NCBI GenBank assembly: GCA_004524535.1
Contig: SDNY01000004.1
Span: forward strand, 1-61,097
Length of the DNA: 61,097 bases
From: Promethearchaeota archaeon
Lineage (GTDB): Archaea > Asgardarchaeota > Lokiarchaeia > Sigyniarchaeales > SOKP01
Reading direction: 5' to 3'
Both the position numbers and the translations under genes were made by a program. Below the pieces are notes generated by a model. The model ran no database searches. It was not told the origin of the DNA and saw only the letters and a program-made list of their open reading frames with translations. Of this stretch, positions 36,157 through 46,527 are shown one piece after another; position 1 is the stretch's first letter; each line of letters opens with the position of its first letter.

Positions 36157-36861
36157 TTGAATTTAGAAAAATATTTTGTAATAAGCAAGGGATCTGTCCC
36201 AATTATTTTATCGTGCCCCCACGGTGGTTTTTTAAAACCAAAAAATATACCTGACAAATTAAAGGGGATTAAAATTGCAGATAAAAATAAATTTCTTATA
36301 TCAAAAAGGATAATTCAAGTTTTATTTGAGAAGTTTGGAATTCAGATCTATTATATTTTAAGTAAAATTCACAGAAGTAAAATAGATTTTAATCGCCCCC
36401 CAAGAGCTTTTGCTGCTTTTAATCATAGTTCATCTGAAGCGAAACAAATTCATCATAAATATCATGAGCAGATTCAGAAATTTTATCAGGAGTGTGTTGA
36501 TAAATTTAATAAATGTTTATTTATAGATTTGCACGGTTTTACTAAACCAAGTGAAGATTATCCAGATATAATCTTCGGAAATTTATTCGGCAAAACTCTA
36601 AAGATACAAAACACTAAAAAATTTTGGGGATTTAATGAAATGGTTGATTCATTATCTAAAAAATTTTCCATAGATGATGGGCTTGGAATTACAAATTTTA
36701 ATCTTAGTTATAGTGGAGGATACATTACTCATCAGTTTTATGAAAAAAGACTTGTCAATGCTTATCAACTCGAAGTTGCGAAACAAATTAGAGAAATACG
36801 ATCTTTGACTAATATTTTTATTAAAAGTTTTATTTCTGCTATAATAAATTGTTTAAGCTAA
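36157..36861 (+). CDS. N-formylglutamate amidohydrolase-family (FGase-like) protein, tentative
   Basis: ILSCPHGG, KIDFNRP and FIDLHGF resemble the HxG / DxNR / DLH motif series of PF05013-type enzymes. The start appears to be TTG. Confidence 0.45.
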   Translation: MNLEKYFVISKGSVPIILSCPHGGFLKPKNIPDKLKGIKIADKNKFLISKRIIQVLFEKFGIQIYYILSKIHRSKIDFNRPPRAFAAFNHSSSEAKQIHHKYHEQIQKFYQECVDKFNKCLFIDLHGFTKPSEDYPDIIFGNLFGKTLKIQNTKKFWGFNEMVDSLSKKFSIDDGLGITNFNLSYSGGYITHQFYEKRLVNAYQLEVAKQIREIRSLTNIFIKSFISAIINCLS

Positions 36862-36990
36862 TAAGCCAATGGAAAAAAATTACTTTTTTTTCCTTTATTT
36901 CTCAATAAAATGAGCTAAAAATATATTAGAATTAATAATATTTAAACCATTACATAATCTATAATTTATAAAAATTTAATTGTGTTGATA

Positions 36991-38208
36991 ATGGAAGGAC
37001 ATATAAATTTTAAAGATTTGAATTTAGAATATGGCTATTCAGCAACACCTGACAGGTTATATTATTTTAATAAAGAAGAAAATGATTTTCGCATGGAGGT
37101 GCGGGAATGGTGTAAAGATAATATTGAACCAGTGGTGGAAAAAATTGATCGAAATCGCGATAAACAGTTAGCGGTGGAAACTTTAAAAAAAATGCCATAT
37201 TTGGATATTATAGTTCCAAAGGATGCAGGAGGTTTAGGGAAAGGACTCTTATATAGATGTATTTTTGGTGAAGAGTTATCTGCTTTTAGTTATGCCATAG
37301 CAAGTATCTTTGGAGCTTCTTCATGCCTATTTGCAGGACCTATAATTGAATTTGGCACTCCAGAACAAAAGAAAAAATATCTCTCTGATATTGCGAACGG
37401 CACAAAATTAGGTGCAATAGGAATCACAGAAGAGACCGGAGGATCTGATGCAATTAGTGGTATGCACTTACGAGCTGTGAAGGAAAATGATTATTATGTA
37501 CTTAATGGGCATAAAACATTTATAACAAATGGTAGTTTTGCCGATTATATATGCCTTTACGCAGTTACAAATGATCAGGTTAAACGTCATCAAGGGATAT
37601 CTGCTTTTATTTTCGAGACAGATACACCTGGATTTGAGGTCGTAAAGGACTACAAACATATGGGCCGCAGAGGAATGCCGAACTCCTATCTGCGATTCAA
37701 TAATTGTAAGGTACCAGCAGAAAATTTACTTCATAAAGAAAATCAAGGGCTAGATGTATTATTATTCGGGCTTGATGGAGAGCGAACTTTTACTGCATCT
37801 CAGTATCTTGGTTTAGCAAGAAGTGCATTTGAAGTAGCTTATAAATATTCACACAAACGAGTACAATTTAAAAAACCAATATTTGAATTTGAAGGAATCT
37901 CATTTAAATTAGCCGATATGTTCATTGAAATTGAATTGAACCGAATGGCATTAACACAAATAGCCCGAATGATCGATGAGGGGCATTATTGTAGAGCACA
38001 AGTTGCTGCTGTAAAGGCACGATTAGCAGATGCAATGGTTAAGACTTCTCAGGAAGCGATTCAGATTGCGGGAGGAATTGGCTACTCAGAAGAATATCCA
38101 TTAGAAAGATATTATAGAGATGCCAAGATCGGACAAATTTCTGCGGGCACTGTAGAGATTTTGAAATATCTTATTACAAGAGAAATGGTTAGAATGTGGG
38201 GAAAATAG
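36991..38208 (+). CDS. acyl-CoA dehydrogenase
   Basis: GITEETGGSDA, FITNG and QIAGGIGYSEEYPLERYYRDAKIGQISAGTVEI are present. The ATG at 36991 is preferred over the GTG at 36982. Confidence 0.9.
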   Translation: MEGHINFKDLNLEYGYSATPDRLYYFNKEENDFRMEVREWCKDNIEPVVEKIDRNRDKQLAVETLKKMPYLDIIVPKDAGGLGKGLLYRCIFGEELSAFSYAIASIFGASSCLFAGPIIEFGTPEQKKKYLSDIANGTKLGAIGITEETGGSDAISGMHLRAVKENDYYVLNGHKTFITNGSFADYICLYAVTNDQVKRHQGISAFIFETDTPGFEVVKDYKHMGRRGMPNSYLRFNNCKVPAENLLHKENQGLDVLLFGLDGERTFTASQYLGLARSAFEVAYKYSHKRVQFKKPIFEFEGISFKLADMFIEIELNRMALTQIARMIDEGHYCRAQVAAVKARLADAMVKTSQEAIQIAGGIGYSEEYPLERYYRDAKIGQISAGTVEILKYLITREMVRMWGK

Positions 38209-38210
38209 GT

Positions 38211-39005
38211 ATGTCAGAAAAAAAAATTGAATTAGCAATTAAATATAAAATTGCAACTATAAAAATTAATGATCCTGAAAATTTCAATCCATTAAATAAA
38301 GAGACAGGACAGCTAATATTAGAGGCCTTAGAATCGCTTCGAGATAATAACGAGGTAAGATGTATAATAATTACTGGCTCAGGAAAAGCATTTTCTGCAG
38401 GTGGTAATATAAAACAATTTAAGGCAAGTATTGAAAATGGCAATCCGGGTCAAGTAATGGATGATTTGCTTAAGGTACTTTACAAAATCGCATTAGTTTT
38501 ACGCCTATATCCAAAACCAGTTATAGCAGCCGTGAACGGTTGGGCTGTTGGAGCTGGAATGAACCTTGCGCTCTCATGTGATTTTATCATAGCTTCAGAA
38601 TATGCGAGATTTAGGCAATCTTTTGTTAAACTCGCTTTAATTCCGGGTTTTGCTGGAACGATTTTATTAAGTCGTCAACTTACATGGCAACAGGCAGTAG
38701 AAATGTCCTTTTTTGGAGAAACATATAATGCCAAACAAATGAAAGAACTTGGACTTGTAAATGAAATTGTACCAGCAGAAAACTTAGAAGAAGTTACTAT
38801 GCAATGGGCTCAAAAATTTGCCAGAGGACCTACTTTAACTTTCGCGAGAACGAAAAAGTTATTTTTTGACGCACTTAATACGTCATTTGAAGAACATCTT
38901 GAGAATGAAAGACAGATGCAAATTAAGTCAGCGGAAAGTGAAGACTATAAAATTGGAGTATCTGCATTAATCGATAAAAAAGAACCTGAATTTATTGGAA
39001 AATAA
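38211..39005 (+). CDS. enoyl-CoA hydratase/isomerase (crotonase family)
   Basis: ITGSGKAFSAGGNI and AAVNGWAVGAGMNLALSCDFIIAS are present. The ATG at 38211 follows an AGGT motif and lies 3 nt past the upstream gene. Confidence 0.9.
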   Translation: MSEKKIELAIKYKIATIKINDPENFNPLNKETGQLILEALESLRDNNEVRCIIITGSGKAFSAGGNIKQFKASIENGNPGQVMDDLLKVLYKIALVLRLYPKPVIAAVNGWAVGAGMNLALSCDFIIASEYARFRQSFVKLALIPGFAGTILLSRQLTWQQAVEMSFFGETYNAKQMKELGLVNEIVPAENLEEVTMQWAQKFARGPTLTFARTKKLFFDALNTSFEEHLENERQMQIKSAESEDYKIGVSALIDKKEPEFIGK

Positions 39006-39024
39006 ATTTTATGAGTGAGGAAAA

Positions 39025-40239
39025 ATGCCAGAATTAAAAGAAGTTGTACTTGTAGATTATTTAAGGAGTCCCATCTCTCGAAGTCGACCTAATCAACCCG
39101 AAAGAGATGTATTTCATAATATTCCTGCTGATATGTTGTTATCTCTGGTAATAAAAGAAATTATATCGAGAGCTAAGTTTGATTCCTCCGATATTGATGA
39201 AATTATAACTGGTTGTGCTAACCAGGTAAAAGAAAATTTTCTCTATGGAGGAAGACATCCAGTGTTTTTAGGTGAACTCCCTATTACTGTTGCTGCCATG
39301 GGTATAGACCGGCAATGTGGATCTAGCATGTCGAGTGTTCATATAGGAGCAATGGAAATAATGACCGGCAATTCTGAAATCGTACTTGCATGCGGAATGG
39401 AGCATATGACACGAATCCCTCGTGGAACTGATTTGACAATGCGTCATACTGAATTAGGAGATAACCAAAAATTTCCAAATCATGCGAAATATGATTTAAC
39501 AACCGGATTTTCAATGCTTCAGACAGCTCAACAATTATGGGAGCAAAATCCAGATATCACACGTGAAAAAATGGACCAGTGGAGTTTAAGATCTCATGAT
39601 AGAGCCATTCAAGCGAGAGATGAGGGATTTTTTGATACGGAAATTCTTCCAGTTGAAGGTACCGTTCCAGATGGAAGTAAAAAAATAATTAAATATGACC
39701 AATCAATGCGGGGAGGATCTAATTTGGAAGTAATGGGTAAGCTCCGTGTTGTATCAACGGGGATTAATAAAGAACCTCAAATTACAGCAGGAAATAGTTC
39801 CCCTTTAAATGCCGGAGCGGGGTGTGCCGTGCTTATGTCAAAAAAACGAGCAGAAGAATTAGGTATAAAACCTATGGTAAAAATTAGATCAATGGGCTGG
39901 GCAGGAGTAAGTCCGGGAGTTATGGGACAAGGTCCAGTACCTGCAAGTAAGAAAGCACTTAACCAAGCGGGATTAAGTGTTGAGGATATAGATTTTTGGG
40001 AAATTAACGAAGCCTTTGCAATCGTACCTCTGTATGCTATAAAAATTTTAAAAATTCCCGATGAAATAGTAAACGTTAAGGGAGGGGCAATCGCTCTTGG
40101 ACATCCTTTGGGAATGACAGGAGTTAGGTTAGTGGGAACACTTGCTCGAATTTTACAGATAGAAGGGGGAAAGATCGGTCTTGCTACGGCATGCGTAGGG
40201 GGCGGACAAGGTGTTGCTACGATTATAGAAAAAATATAG
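39025..40239 (+). CDS. 3-ketoacyl-CoA thiolase / acetyl-CoA acetyltransferase
   Basis: DRQCGSSM (nucleophile Cys), NEAFA, GGAIALGHPLGMTG and CVGGGQG are present. A GAGG motif lies 4 nt upstream of the ATG. Confidence 0.9.
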   Translation: MPELKEVVLVDYLRSPISRSRPNQPERDVFHNIPADMLLSLVIKEIISRAKFDSSDIDEIITGCANQVKENFLYGGRHPVFLGELPITVAAMGIDRQCGSSMSSVHIGAMEIMTGNSEIVLACGMEHMTRIPRGTDLTMRHTELGDNQKFPNHAKYDLTTGFSMLQTAQQLWEQNPDITREKMDQWSLRSHDRAIQARDEGFFDTEILPVEGTVPDGSKKIIKYDQSMRGGSNLEVMGKLRVVSTGINKEPQITAGNSSPLNAGAGCAVLMSKKRAEELGIKPMVKIRSMGWAGVSPGVMGQGPVPASKKALNQAGLSVEDIDFWEINEAFAIVPLYAIKILKIPDEIVNVKGGAIALGHPLGMTGVRLVGTLARILQIEGGKIGLATACVGGGQGVATIIEKI

Positions 40240-40417
40240 ATGCAAATTTAAAAAAAGATAATCTAAAAGGTAGAACCAAAGAAAAACTTTTATTTATCTA
40301 TTTTAGATTCCATTAGTGCTACATTAATGGATTTTTTAGGGATTAATGAAGAAGATATTGATAATTATTATGCTACAATTGAATGATTTTTTATAAAATA
40401 CAACATATTGAACTATT

Positions 40418-40615
40418 ATGATTCCTCGATCTACATTTGAAGAATTAAAAGGGAAAAAATTAAGGCTTTATATAAAAGATTTGCCTGATCCGCATTGTAT
40501 TCAATTAGGAAAAATCGAAGCTGTAACAGAGCATCTCATTATATTTAATGATGAGGAACACAACAATTTTATATATATTCCAATAGAAAATGTAGTACTA
40601 ATGAAAACGGCTTAA
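40418..40615 (+). CDS. small hypothetical protein (65 aa), possibly a beta-barrel/Sm-like fold
   Basis: Only a loose pattern is seen: KGKKLRLYIKD...GKIEAVTEHLIIFND...IYIPIENVVLM. It is isolated in a long intergenic region. Confidence 0.25.
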   Translation: MIPRSTFEELKGKKLRLYIKDLPDPHCIQLGKIEAVTEHLIIFNDEEHNNFIYIPIENVVLMKTA

Positions 40616-40905
40616 AATTACATCCTGTTGAAGTCATAGTTTTTCAATTTCTTCATCTCAAAATTATGAGATTTATCTCTTTTATTTACTCTATTAATAG
40701 TTAGGATATCTTTATATTAAGCGCTATAGGATTCTATGGAGGCTATTTTGAAAAAATAAAAAAAAAATTTAGTGCTAAAAATAAATAATGTTGAAATGCG
40801 TTAAATCTGACTTAAACATCTTTATATAGATTTAAATTTAATCCTAACTTTTATTTATAAATTTATTTTAGAAATTTAGACTAAAAAAATTTTTAGTGCG
40901 AAATA

Positions 40906-41343
40906 ATGGCTGAGGAATTAGAAGAATTAACAGAAAAGGAATTTAGAGAACTTTCGGAAAGTGATAAATGGAATTTAATTCAAACTATAAAAAAAATAGT
41001 TCAACAATTGAAAATACAAGCTGATAAAAATTGCGCCGAATGCGAAAAAACGTTTTTAACTCCAGAAGATATAAACATTGATTTATTTTTTCAAGATTGG
41101 AGGGAATGCTCTGAACATTGCGACGAATGTGGAGAAGAAGAAAAAATAAATATGTGTCAGCTCCAATATGAGTTAATGAATCATATAGCTAATACTCTGC
41201 TTGAAATTCAGAGAAAACAAAATCTTTTAACTCAACTTGTCCTTAAACGCGACGAAACTGGTTCTAAATTATTAAAGGAATTTGTAAAAAAGAAAGAAGA
41301 AATTGAAAAAAAAGAGAAAACTGCTGATGATATATATCGATAA
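40906..41343 (+). CDS. Cys-rich coiled-coil protein of unknown function
   Basis: 145 aa with CAEC...C..HCDEC...C flanked by charged helical segments. It ends 31 nt before the B12-radical SAM gene. Confidence 0.4.
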   Translation: MAEELEELTEKEFRELSESDKWNLIQTIKKIVQQLKIQADKNCAECEKTFLTPEDINIDLFFQDWRECSEHCDECGEEEKINMCQLQYELMNHIANTLLEIQRKQNLLTQLVLKRDETGSKLLKEFVKKKEEIEKKEKTADDIYR

Positions 41344-41374
41344 ATTTTAAAATAAAAATATATGTTCGATTAAT

Positions 41375-42811
41375 ATGGATTCAGATAATAAAGATAAAAA
41401 GATTTTGTTTGTTGAACCTTCTGGATCAAAAGCGAATGTTTTTACATTTGCAATGAAACTTCCATTGTTAGGACCTATACATTTAGCAACTAAGCTTCAT
41501 CAAGCGGGATACGACGTATTAGTCATAAAAGAGGATCTTTTGGATAAATCAGATAAAATTGAAAATTATCTTCCTGCAGCTGATATTCTTATATTAACTT
41601 TATTAACTAATTCAGCTTTTCGAGGATATGAAATCGCTACAAAATATAGAGAAATCCGGCCTGATGGGAGAATAATTATTGGGGGGATTCATGCATCACT
41701 TAATCCTGAGGAACCAAGTCAATACGCAGATCAAGTTGCTGTTGGTGAAGGAGACAACATTATAATAGATTTAATAAAGGGAAATCTAAGTGATAAAATT
41801 GTATATGGTACTCCGCTAGAAAATTTAGACGAACGACCTATTCCAGATTTTTCTCTAATGATAAATGCCAAGAAATCTAAAGTTATTCCAATTATGACTT
41901 CACTCGGGTGTCCATTTAATTGCACATTTTGCTGTGTAACACTTGTTTATGGTCGAAAATATAGAATCCAAACTCCTGAAAGAACAATTGAAGAAATAAA
42001 ACAACAACTTCAATTTTTTAAGAAGAAAAAAATCTTTTTCTATGACGATAATTTCTGTGCTAAAAAGAGGATTAGTCTTGAACTTTTGGATAGAATAAAG
42101 GAAGAAAAATTAAAATTTAAATGGATTACTCAGGTCAGAGCTGATCTGGCAAATGATGAAGAATTCGTTAAGAAAATGGCAGAAGCTGGCTGCAGGAGAG
42201 TTTTTATAGGTTTTGAATCTATAAATGATGCTACTCTTAAAGATTTAAATAAAAACGAAACATCTGAAGAAGTAAGACAAGCGGTGAAAGTTTTCCAAAG
42301 ATATGGAATTTCTGTTCATGGAATGTTTATTTTTGGTTCAGATGAAGATAATCCTGAAGTTTTTAAGAATACTATAAAATTTTGCCGTAAAAATTTGATG
42401 GAATTTGCCCAATTTCTTGCGATTACTCCCTTTCCAGGAACAGAATATTATAAATCAATTGAAAAATCCCGTATTGTCTCGGAAAATTGGGATAACTATG
42501 ATGGTTTCCATGTAAATGTGAAACCAAAGAATATGTCCGAAAAGGATGTAATGGATGGTATTTTAAGAGCCTATAAAAAAGTATTTGGAGCATGGAAAAT
42601 TTTTCGACAGTTTTGCCGAGATTTCATCTATCTATTTCGCTTTAAATGTCGAACTTTTAAATATCGAGCAAATAAAATGTTCAATGATTTTGCTAGGAAT
42701 GTCGGAATGCGAATTGGTATGAGAAGATGGAAGAAATTAAATAAAGAATATATGATAAAGATTTCTGAAAATACGATAGATTCCCCTCATTCTCTATTAA
42801 AAGTAAATTGA
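41375..42811 (+). CDS. B12-binding-domain radical SAM enzyme
   Basis: An N-terminal Rossmann-like B12-binding domain is followed by the CPFNCTFCC (CxxxCxxC) cluster motif and a TIM-barrel core (FFYDDNF, RVFIGFES). Confidence 0.85.
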   Translation: MDSDNKDKKILFVEPSGSKANVFTFAMKLPLLGPIHLATKLHQAGYDVLVIKEDLLDKSDKIENYLPAADILILTLLTNSAFRGYEIATKYREIRPDGRIIIGGIHASLNPEEPSQYADQVAVGEGDNIIIDLIKGNLSDKIVYGTPLENLDERPIPDFSLMINAKKSKVIPIMTSLGCPFNCTFCCVTLVYGRKYRIQTPERTIEEIKQQLQFFKKKKIFFYDDNFCAKKRISLELLDRIKEEKLKFKWITQVRADLANDEEFVKKMAEAGCRRVFIGFESINDATLKDLNKNETSEEVRQAVKVFQRYGISVHGMFIFGSDEDNPEVFKNTIKFCRKNLMEFAQFLAITPFPGTEYYKSIEKSRIVSENWDNYDGFHVNVKPKNMSEKDVMDGILRAYKKVFGAWKIFRQFCRDFIYLFRFKCRTFKYRANKMFNDFARNVGMRIGMRRWKKLNKEYMIKISENTIDSPHSLLKVN

Positions 42812-42969
42812 TTTAAATAATCTTCTAACGATTCACTTTTTTAATCTAATTTTTTTTTTAGATATATTTGAATTTTAATTTAAATAAAGAGAGTTTTCAT
42901 TTTGTTTTAAAAGAATTTAAAATTACTCTTCTTTTTTCTTAAGTATAATAGGAAATTAAGGTAAAAATT

Positions 42970-43866
42970 ATGCAACTTGAACCAGAATGTATTGGATGTT
43001 TATTTAATCAATTACAGAGAGCGTTTAAAATGGTAAAACCAGACATCAAAACTGAAATAATCATAAACGCTCAAAAAGATTTAATGAGATATCTTATTGA
43101 AGCCGAAACGGATAAAATATCTGCTCCTATTGTTGGAAATTTTGTCTATAAACTCATTTCAAATTATTTAGGAATTAATGACCCTTATAAAAAATTAAAG
43201 GATAAATATAACGAGCTTGCGCTTCAGTATTATGATGAGATTAAAGAAATTGTGAAAAATAGTGAAGATAAGTTATTTGAAGCTTTAGGAACAGCAGCCT
43301 TAGGAAATACTATTGATTTTGCTGGACAACATGAGATTGATTTGATAAATGACATCAAAAATTTCTCTTCTGATAATTTCAAAGTAAATGATTATGACGA
43401 TTTTAAGAAATCTTTAAATAAAATATATGAAAAAGGGGGAGAACTCTTGATTCTCGGAGATAATACAGGAGAAATCGTATTTGACAAATTATTAGTTGAG
43501 ATAATTAAAGAATTATATCCTAATATAGAGATTGTATATTCGGTTAGATCTATTCCTATTATAAATGATGCTACGATGGAAGATGCCAAATTCATTAATC
43601 TTACCAAAATAATAAAAGTCATTGAAGCCAGTCCTGTCCCTGGAATCGACCTAACTACGGCTACGGAAGAATTTAAAGAACATTTTTTTCATCCAAATGG
43701 TATGATATTATCGAAAGGACAGGGAAATTTTGAAACACTACACGGAATGGATATTACAAATAAAGCCCTTTATTATTTATTAAAAGCTAAATGTAATTTA
43801 ATGGAAAGACTATTTAATGTAAAAATTGGAGATCTTATCTTTAAAAAAAAAACCTTAAGTTTCTAA
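42970..43866 (+). CDS. DUF89/ARMT1-like damage-control phosphatase family protein
   Basis: N-terminal CIGC, then LGDNTGEIVFDKLL and SKGQGNFETL, match the DUF89 metal-site motifs. Confidence 0.75.
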   Translation: MQLEPECIGCLFNQLQRAFKMVKPDIKTEIIINAQKDLMRYLIEAETDKISAPIVGNFVYKLISNYLGINDPYKKLKDKYNELALQYYDEIKEIVKNSEDKLFEALGTAALGNTIDFAGQHEIDLINDIKNFSSDNFKVNDYDDFKKSLNKIYEKGGELLILGDNTGEIVFDKLLVEIIKELYPNIEIVYSVRSIPIINDATMEDAKFINLTKIIKVIEASPVPGIDLTTATEEFKEHFFHPNGMILSKGQGNFETLHGMDITNKALYYLLKAKCNLMERLFNVKIGDLIFKKKTLSF

Positions 43867-43876
43867 ATTTTTTAAT

Positions 43877-44296
43877 TTATTGAATCTCATGTTTCATTTT
43901 TTCAACAGCTTCAGTTAAAAAACCAAGATCTCCCACTTCTTTTTCTCTTTCCTTCTCTTTAAGTATTTCAAGATAATCTTGAATTTGCATATAGAGAATT
44001 TTTTTAAACCCATTAAATACAGATACTTCCACACCATTATTAATTTCCGCCAAATATGAGCTGTAGAACATATCTAACGCTTTTTCCGCCTCAGTTCTTA
44101 TATTATGCGTTAAAAAGTCAGTGTCTACGATAATAATTAATATCAAATCGTTTTTGTAGACTATGATCATGTTTACATCTATACCTGTAATGTTGATTTC
44201 CTTTATTTTTCCCAAATTTTTTCCAAAAAGCGAAAGCGCCCCAATAAAAGAGGATAACAATACCGGATTAATTTCTGAATCGATTATCAAATCCAT
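43877..44296 (-). CDS. longin/roadblock-like small alpha/beta protein (paralog of 34033-34473), tentative
   Basis: PVLLSSFIGALSLFGKNLG...NMIIVYKNDLILIIIV...AEKALDMFYSSY aligns with LGDFLSAVESIALNIG...FFHTRDKLTKIGFAI...LTNLMNVFLERF. Confidence 0.35.
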   Translation of the reverse strand: MDLIIDSEINPVLLSSFIGALSLFGKNLGKIKEINITGIDVNMIIVYKNDLILIIIVDTDFLTHNIRTEAEKALDMFYSSYLAEINNGVEVSVFNGFKKILYMQIQDYLEILKEKEREKEVGDLGFLTEAVEKMKHEIQ

Positions 44297-44741
44297 TAAA
44301 TACTCCCCGGTAGTTTTACAAATAACAATCCCTTTTATTAGCTTTTTAATTTTTTATACACCTTCAAGATTCTAAAAATGAAAATAGCAAATATTTTGAT
44401 TAAATAAAAAAATAATTCTTTATTAAGTGCAAGTTAAAAAAAGTAATTCCGTCCGAATCATAAGAACAAATTATAATAAATTCTTAAGTTGGTCATCTCT
44501 TAAATTTTACTAGAATAATTTATGAAATAGAATACATTTCTTATTATAATTCTATTAAGATTAATTTTTAATATTCAAACAAAAATGTAATAATTTATGA
44601 TTATATCATTTATTCTTGGACTTTATTCACAATTTATAATCAAAAATTTAAAGAAATTAATAGATTCATAGTTATTAAGAAAATAAATAGGATGGAAATA
44701 TAATGCTTTAAAGGTGATTTTGAATTCCAGCACAAAACTTC

Positions 44742-45209
44742 ATGGAACTTTACAAATTTTTACCTCAGACAAATTGTAAGAAATGTGGTAAGACCTGTAT
44801 GGCATTTGCCTTAGAATTATTACAAGGTAAGGTAAAAATTAGTGATTGTACGCCTCTTATTGAGGAAACAAAATATAAAGAAAAATATGAGGCATTAAAG
44901 GAATTATTGGGTAGTGAAGAAGGTATAGAAAAAGAATTGCATATTGATATTGATGAGGACCTATGTGATGGCTGTGGAATTTGCGTGACGTGCTGTCCCG
45001 TAAATGCAAGATATTGTCCTCCAACTTTAAGTGGTAAGGCGCCGGATGTTCCTCATGATAAACACCAACTTTTTGAAGTAAAAGATGGTAAATGTGTTTT
45101 ATTAAACCTTGAACATTGTCGTAGGTTAGAAGCAGACGGAAGAGAAAGAGAATGTCATGTATGTGAAATATATTGTCCGCGAGAGGCAATTAAAATTTTA
45201 TATATTTAG
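44742..45209 (+). CDS. Fe-S protein with an RnfB/CdhE-type N-terminal Fe-S domain plus a 2x[4Fe-4S] ferredoxin domain
   Basis: LPQTNCKKCGKTCMAFALELLQGKVKISDC matches the 'putative Fe-S cluster' domain. CDGCGICVTCCP and CHVCEIYCP are ferredoxin motifs. It is the first gene of the fwd-like cluster. Confidence 0.7.
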   Translation: MELYKFLPQTNCKKCGKTCMAFALELLQGKVKISDCTPLIEETKYKEKYEALKELLGSEEGIEKELHIDIDEDLCDGCGICVTCCPVNARYCPPTLSGKAPDVPHDKHQLFEVKDGKCVLLNLEHCRRLEADGRERECHVCEIYCPREAIKILYI

Positions 45210-45221
45210 GTGTGAATATTT

Positions 45222-46520
45222 ATGGAAAGAATTCCTTGTACTGGTTGTTCCTTATTATGTGATGATGTTCTCATTGGAACTGATGGTATTTTTATTGATA
45301 AAATTTATGGAGCATGTTTAAAAGGAAAAGAGAGATTTGATCAACTTGCTGCCAAAAATCGTCTCACAAGCCCTATGATTAGAAAAAACGGCAAATTAGA
45401 GAATGTATCTTGGGATGTGGCTTTAGAAAGGATTAAACAAATTTTAACAGATTCTTCAAAACCTCTACTTTATGGATTCTCAACATCAAGTTGCGAGGCA
45501 CAATTAAAGGGAATCACACTAGCAAGAAAGATTAGTGGATTTATCGATTCTAATTCAATAATATGCCAAGGAAAGGCTCTAAATGTCGCAAAAGAGACAG
45601 GAATGACATTAACAACCCTTACTGAAATAATAAATAAAACAGATTTAATAATTCTCTGGGGATCAAATGCGGCAGAATCTATACCTCGACTTCTTAATAA
45701 GATACTATTCTCTAGGGGTAAATTTCGCATGACAGGTCGTGAGATAAAAACTATTATTATCATTGATCCTGTTAAAACTGCTTCTTTTGGAGTTATGCAA
45801 ATTCGTGATGTAGCTTTACACATCGAACATGGAAAAGATTTGGAATTAATTAGGGTTTTGAAAGAAGAATGCTGTAAAGAAGGTAATTTTCCCGAGAAGG
45901 AGGTCGCTGGGATTGATAAAGAGGAGTTTAAAAGGTTATTGCTTAATTTAGTTGGTGCCGAAAATGGCGTAATATTTGTTGGACAAGGGATTTTGAGAAC
46001 TCAGTCGGATGACAATGTTATTAGAGAACTGTTAGAATTAGTTCAAATTATTAATGCAAGGCAAGAAAAAGGCAGAATGTCTTTGGCATTATTAGGTGGC
46101 CACTATAATATGGTTGGATTTGAGCAAGTGGCATTATCTATTACTGGTAAAAATCATAGTTTACAATTTTCAGATAATAAATTAATCGAAACAAAAGATA
46201 CTATAATAACTAAAATCGAAAAAGATGATTTTGATTCTTCTATAATTGTTGGTACTGATCCTATTTCTCATTTCCCTTTTAGTTTAAGTAAAAATATGGC
46301 TTCAAAACCTATAATTTGTATTGATAATAGGAAATCAGCGACATCAGATATAGCGGATGTTATATTACCATCTGCAATTACTGGAATTGAATGCGATGGT
46401 TTAGCTTATAGGTTTGATCATGTCCCTATACAATTGAAAAAAGTATTGAATCCCCCGAGTGGTGTTTCAACTGATGAAGAAATACTTAATCAAATAATCC
46501 AAAAATTAGATGTATCCTGA
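45222..46520 (+). CDS. fwdB: formylmethanofuran dehydrogenase subunit B-like (molybdopterin oxidoreductase fold)
   Basis: The N-terminus IPCTGCSLLCDDVLI...GACLKG is FwdB-type. The size of 432 aa fits. The gene sits directly before FwdD- and FwdA-like genes. An AGGTG motif lies 10 nt upstream of the ATG. Confidence 0.7.
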   Translation: MERIPCTGCSLLCDDVLIGTDGIFIDKIYGACLKGKERFDQLAAKNRLTSPMIRKNGKLENVSWDVALERIKQILTDSSKPLLYGFSTSSCEAQLKGITLARKISGFIDSNSIICQGKALNVAKETGMTLTTLTEIINKTDLIILWGSNAAESIPRLLNKILFSRGKFRMTGREIKTIIIIDPVKTASFGVMQIRDVALHIEHGKDLELIRVLKEECCKEGNFPEKEVAGIDKEEFKRLLLNLVGAENGVIFVGQGILRTQSDDNVIRELLELVQIINARQEKGRMSLALLGGHYNMVGFEQVALSITGKNHSLQFSDNKLIETKDTIITKIEKDDFDSSIIVGTDPISHFPFSLSKNMASKPIICIDNRKSATSDIADVILPSAITGIECDGLAYRFDHVPIQLKKVLNPPSGVSTDEEILNQIIQKLDVS

Positions 46521-46527
46521 GATGTGA

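Noticed and set aside
40760-40905. Near-duplicate strings (AAAAAATTTAGTGCTAAAAATAAATAATG and AAAAAATTTTTAGTGCGAAATAATG) upstream of the Cys-rich protein gene, suggesting a duplicated 5' leader or start.
   Set aside because: The match is short and low-complexity in an AT-rich spacer. The upstream copy opens only a 13-codon ORF. This is insufficient to call a feature.
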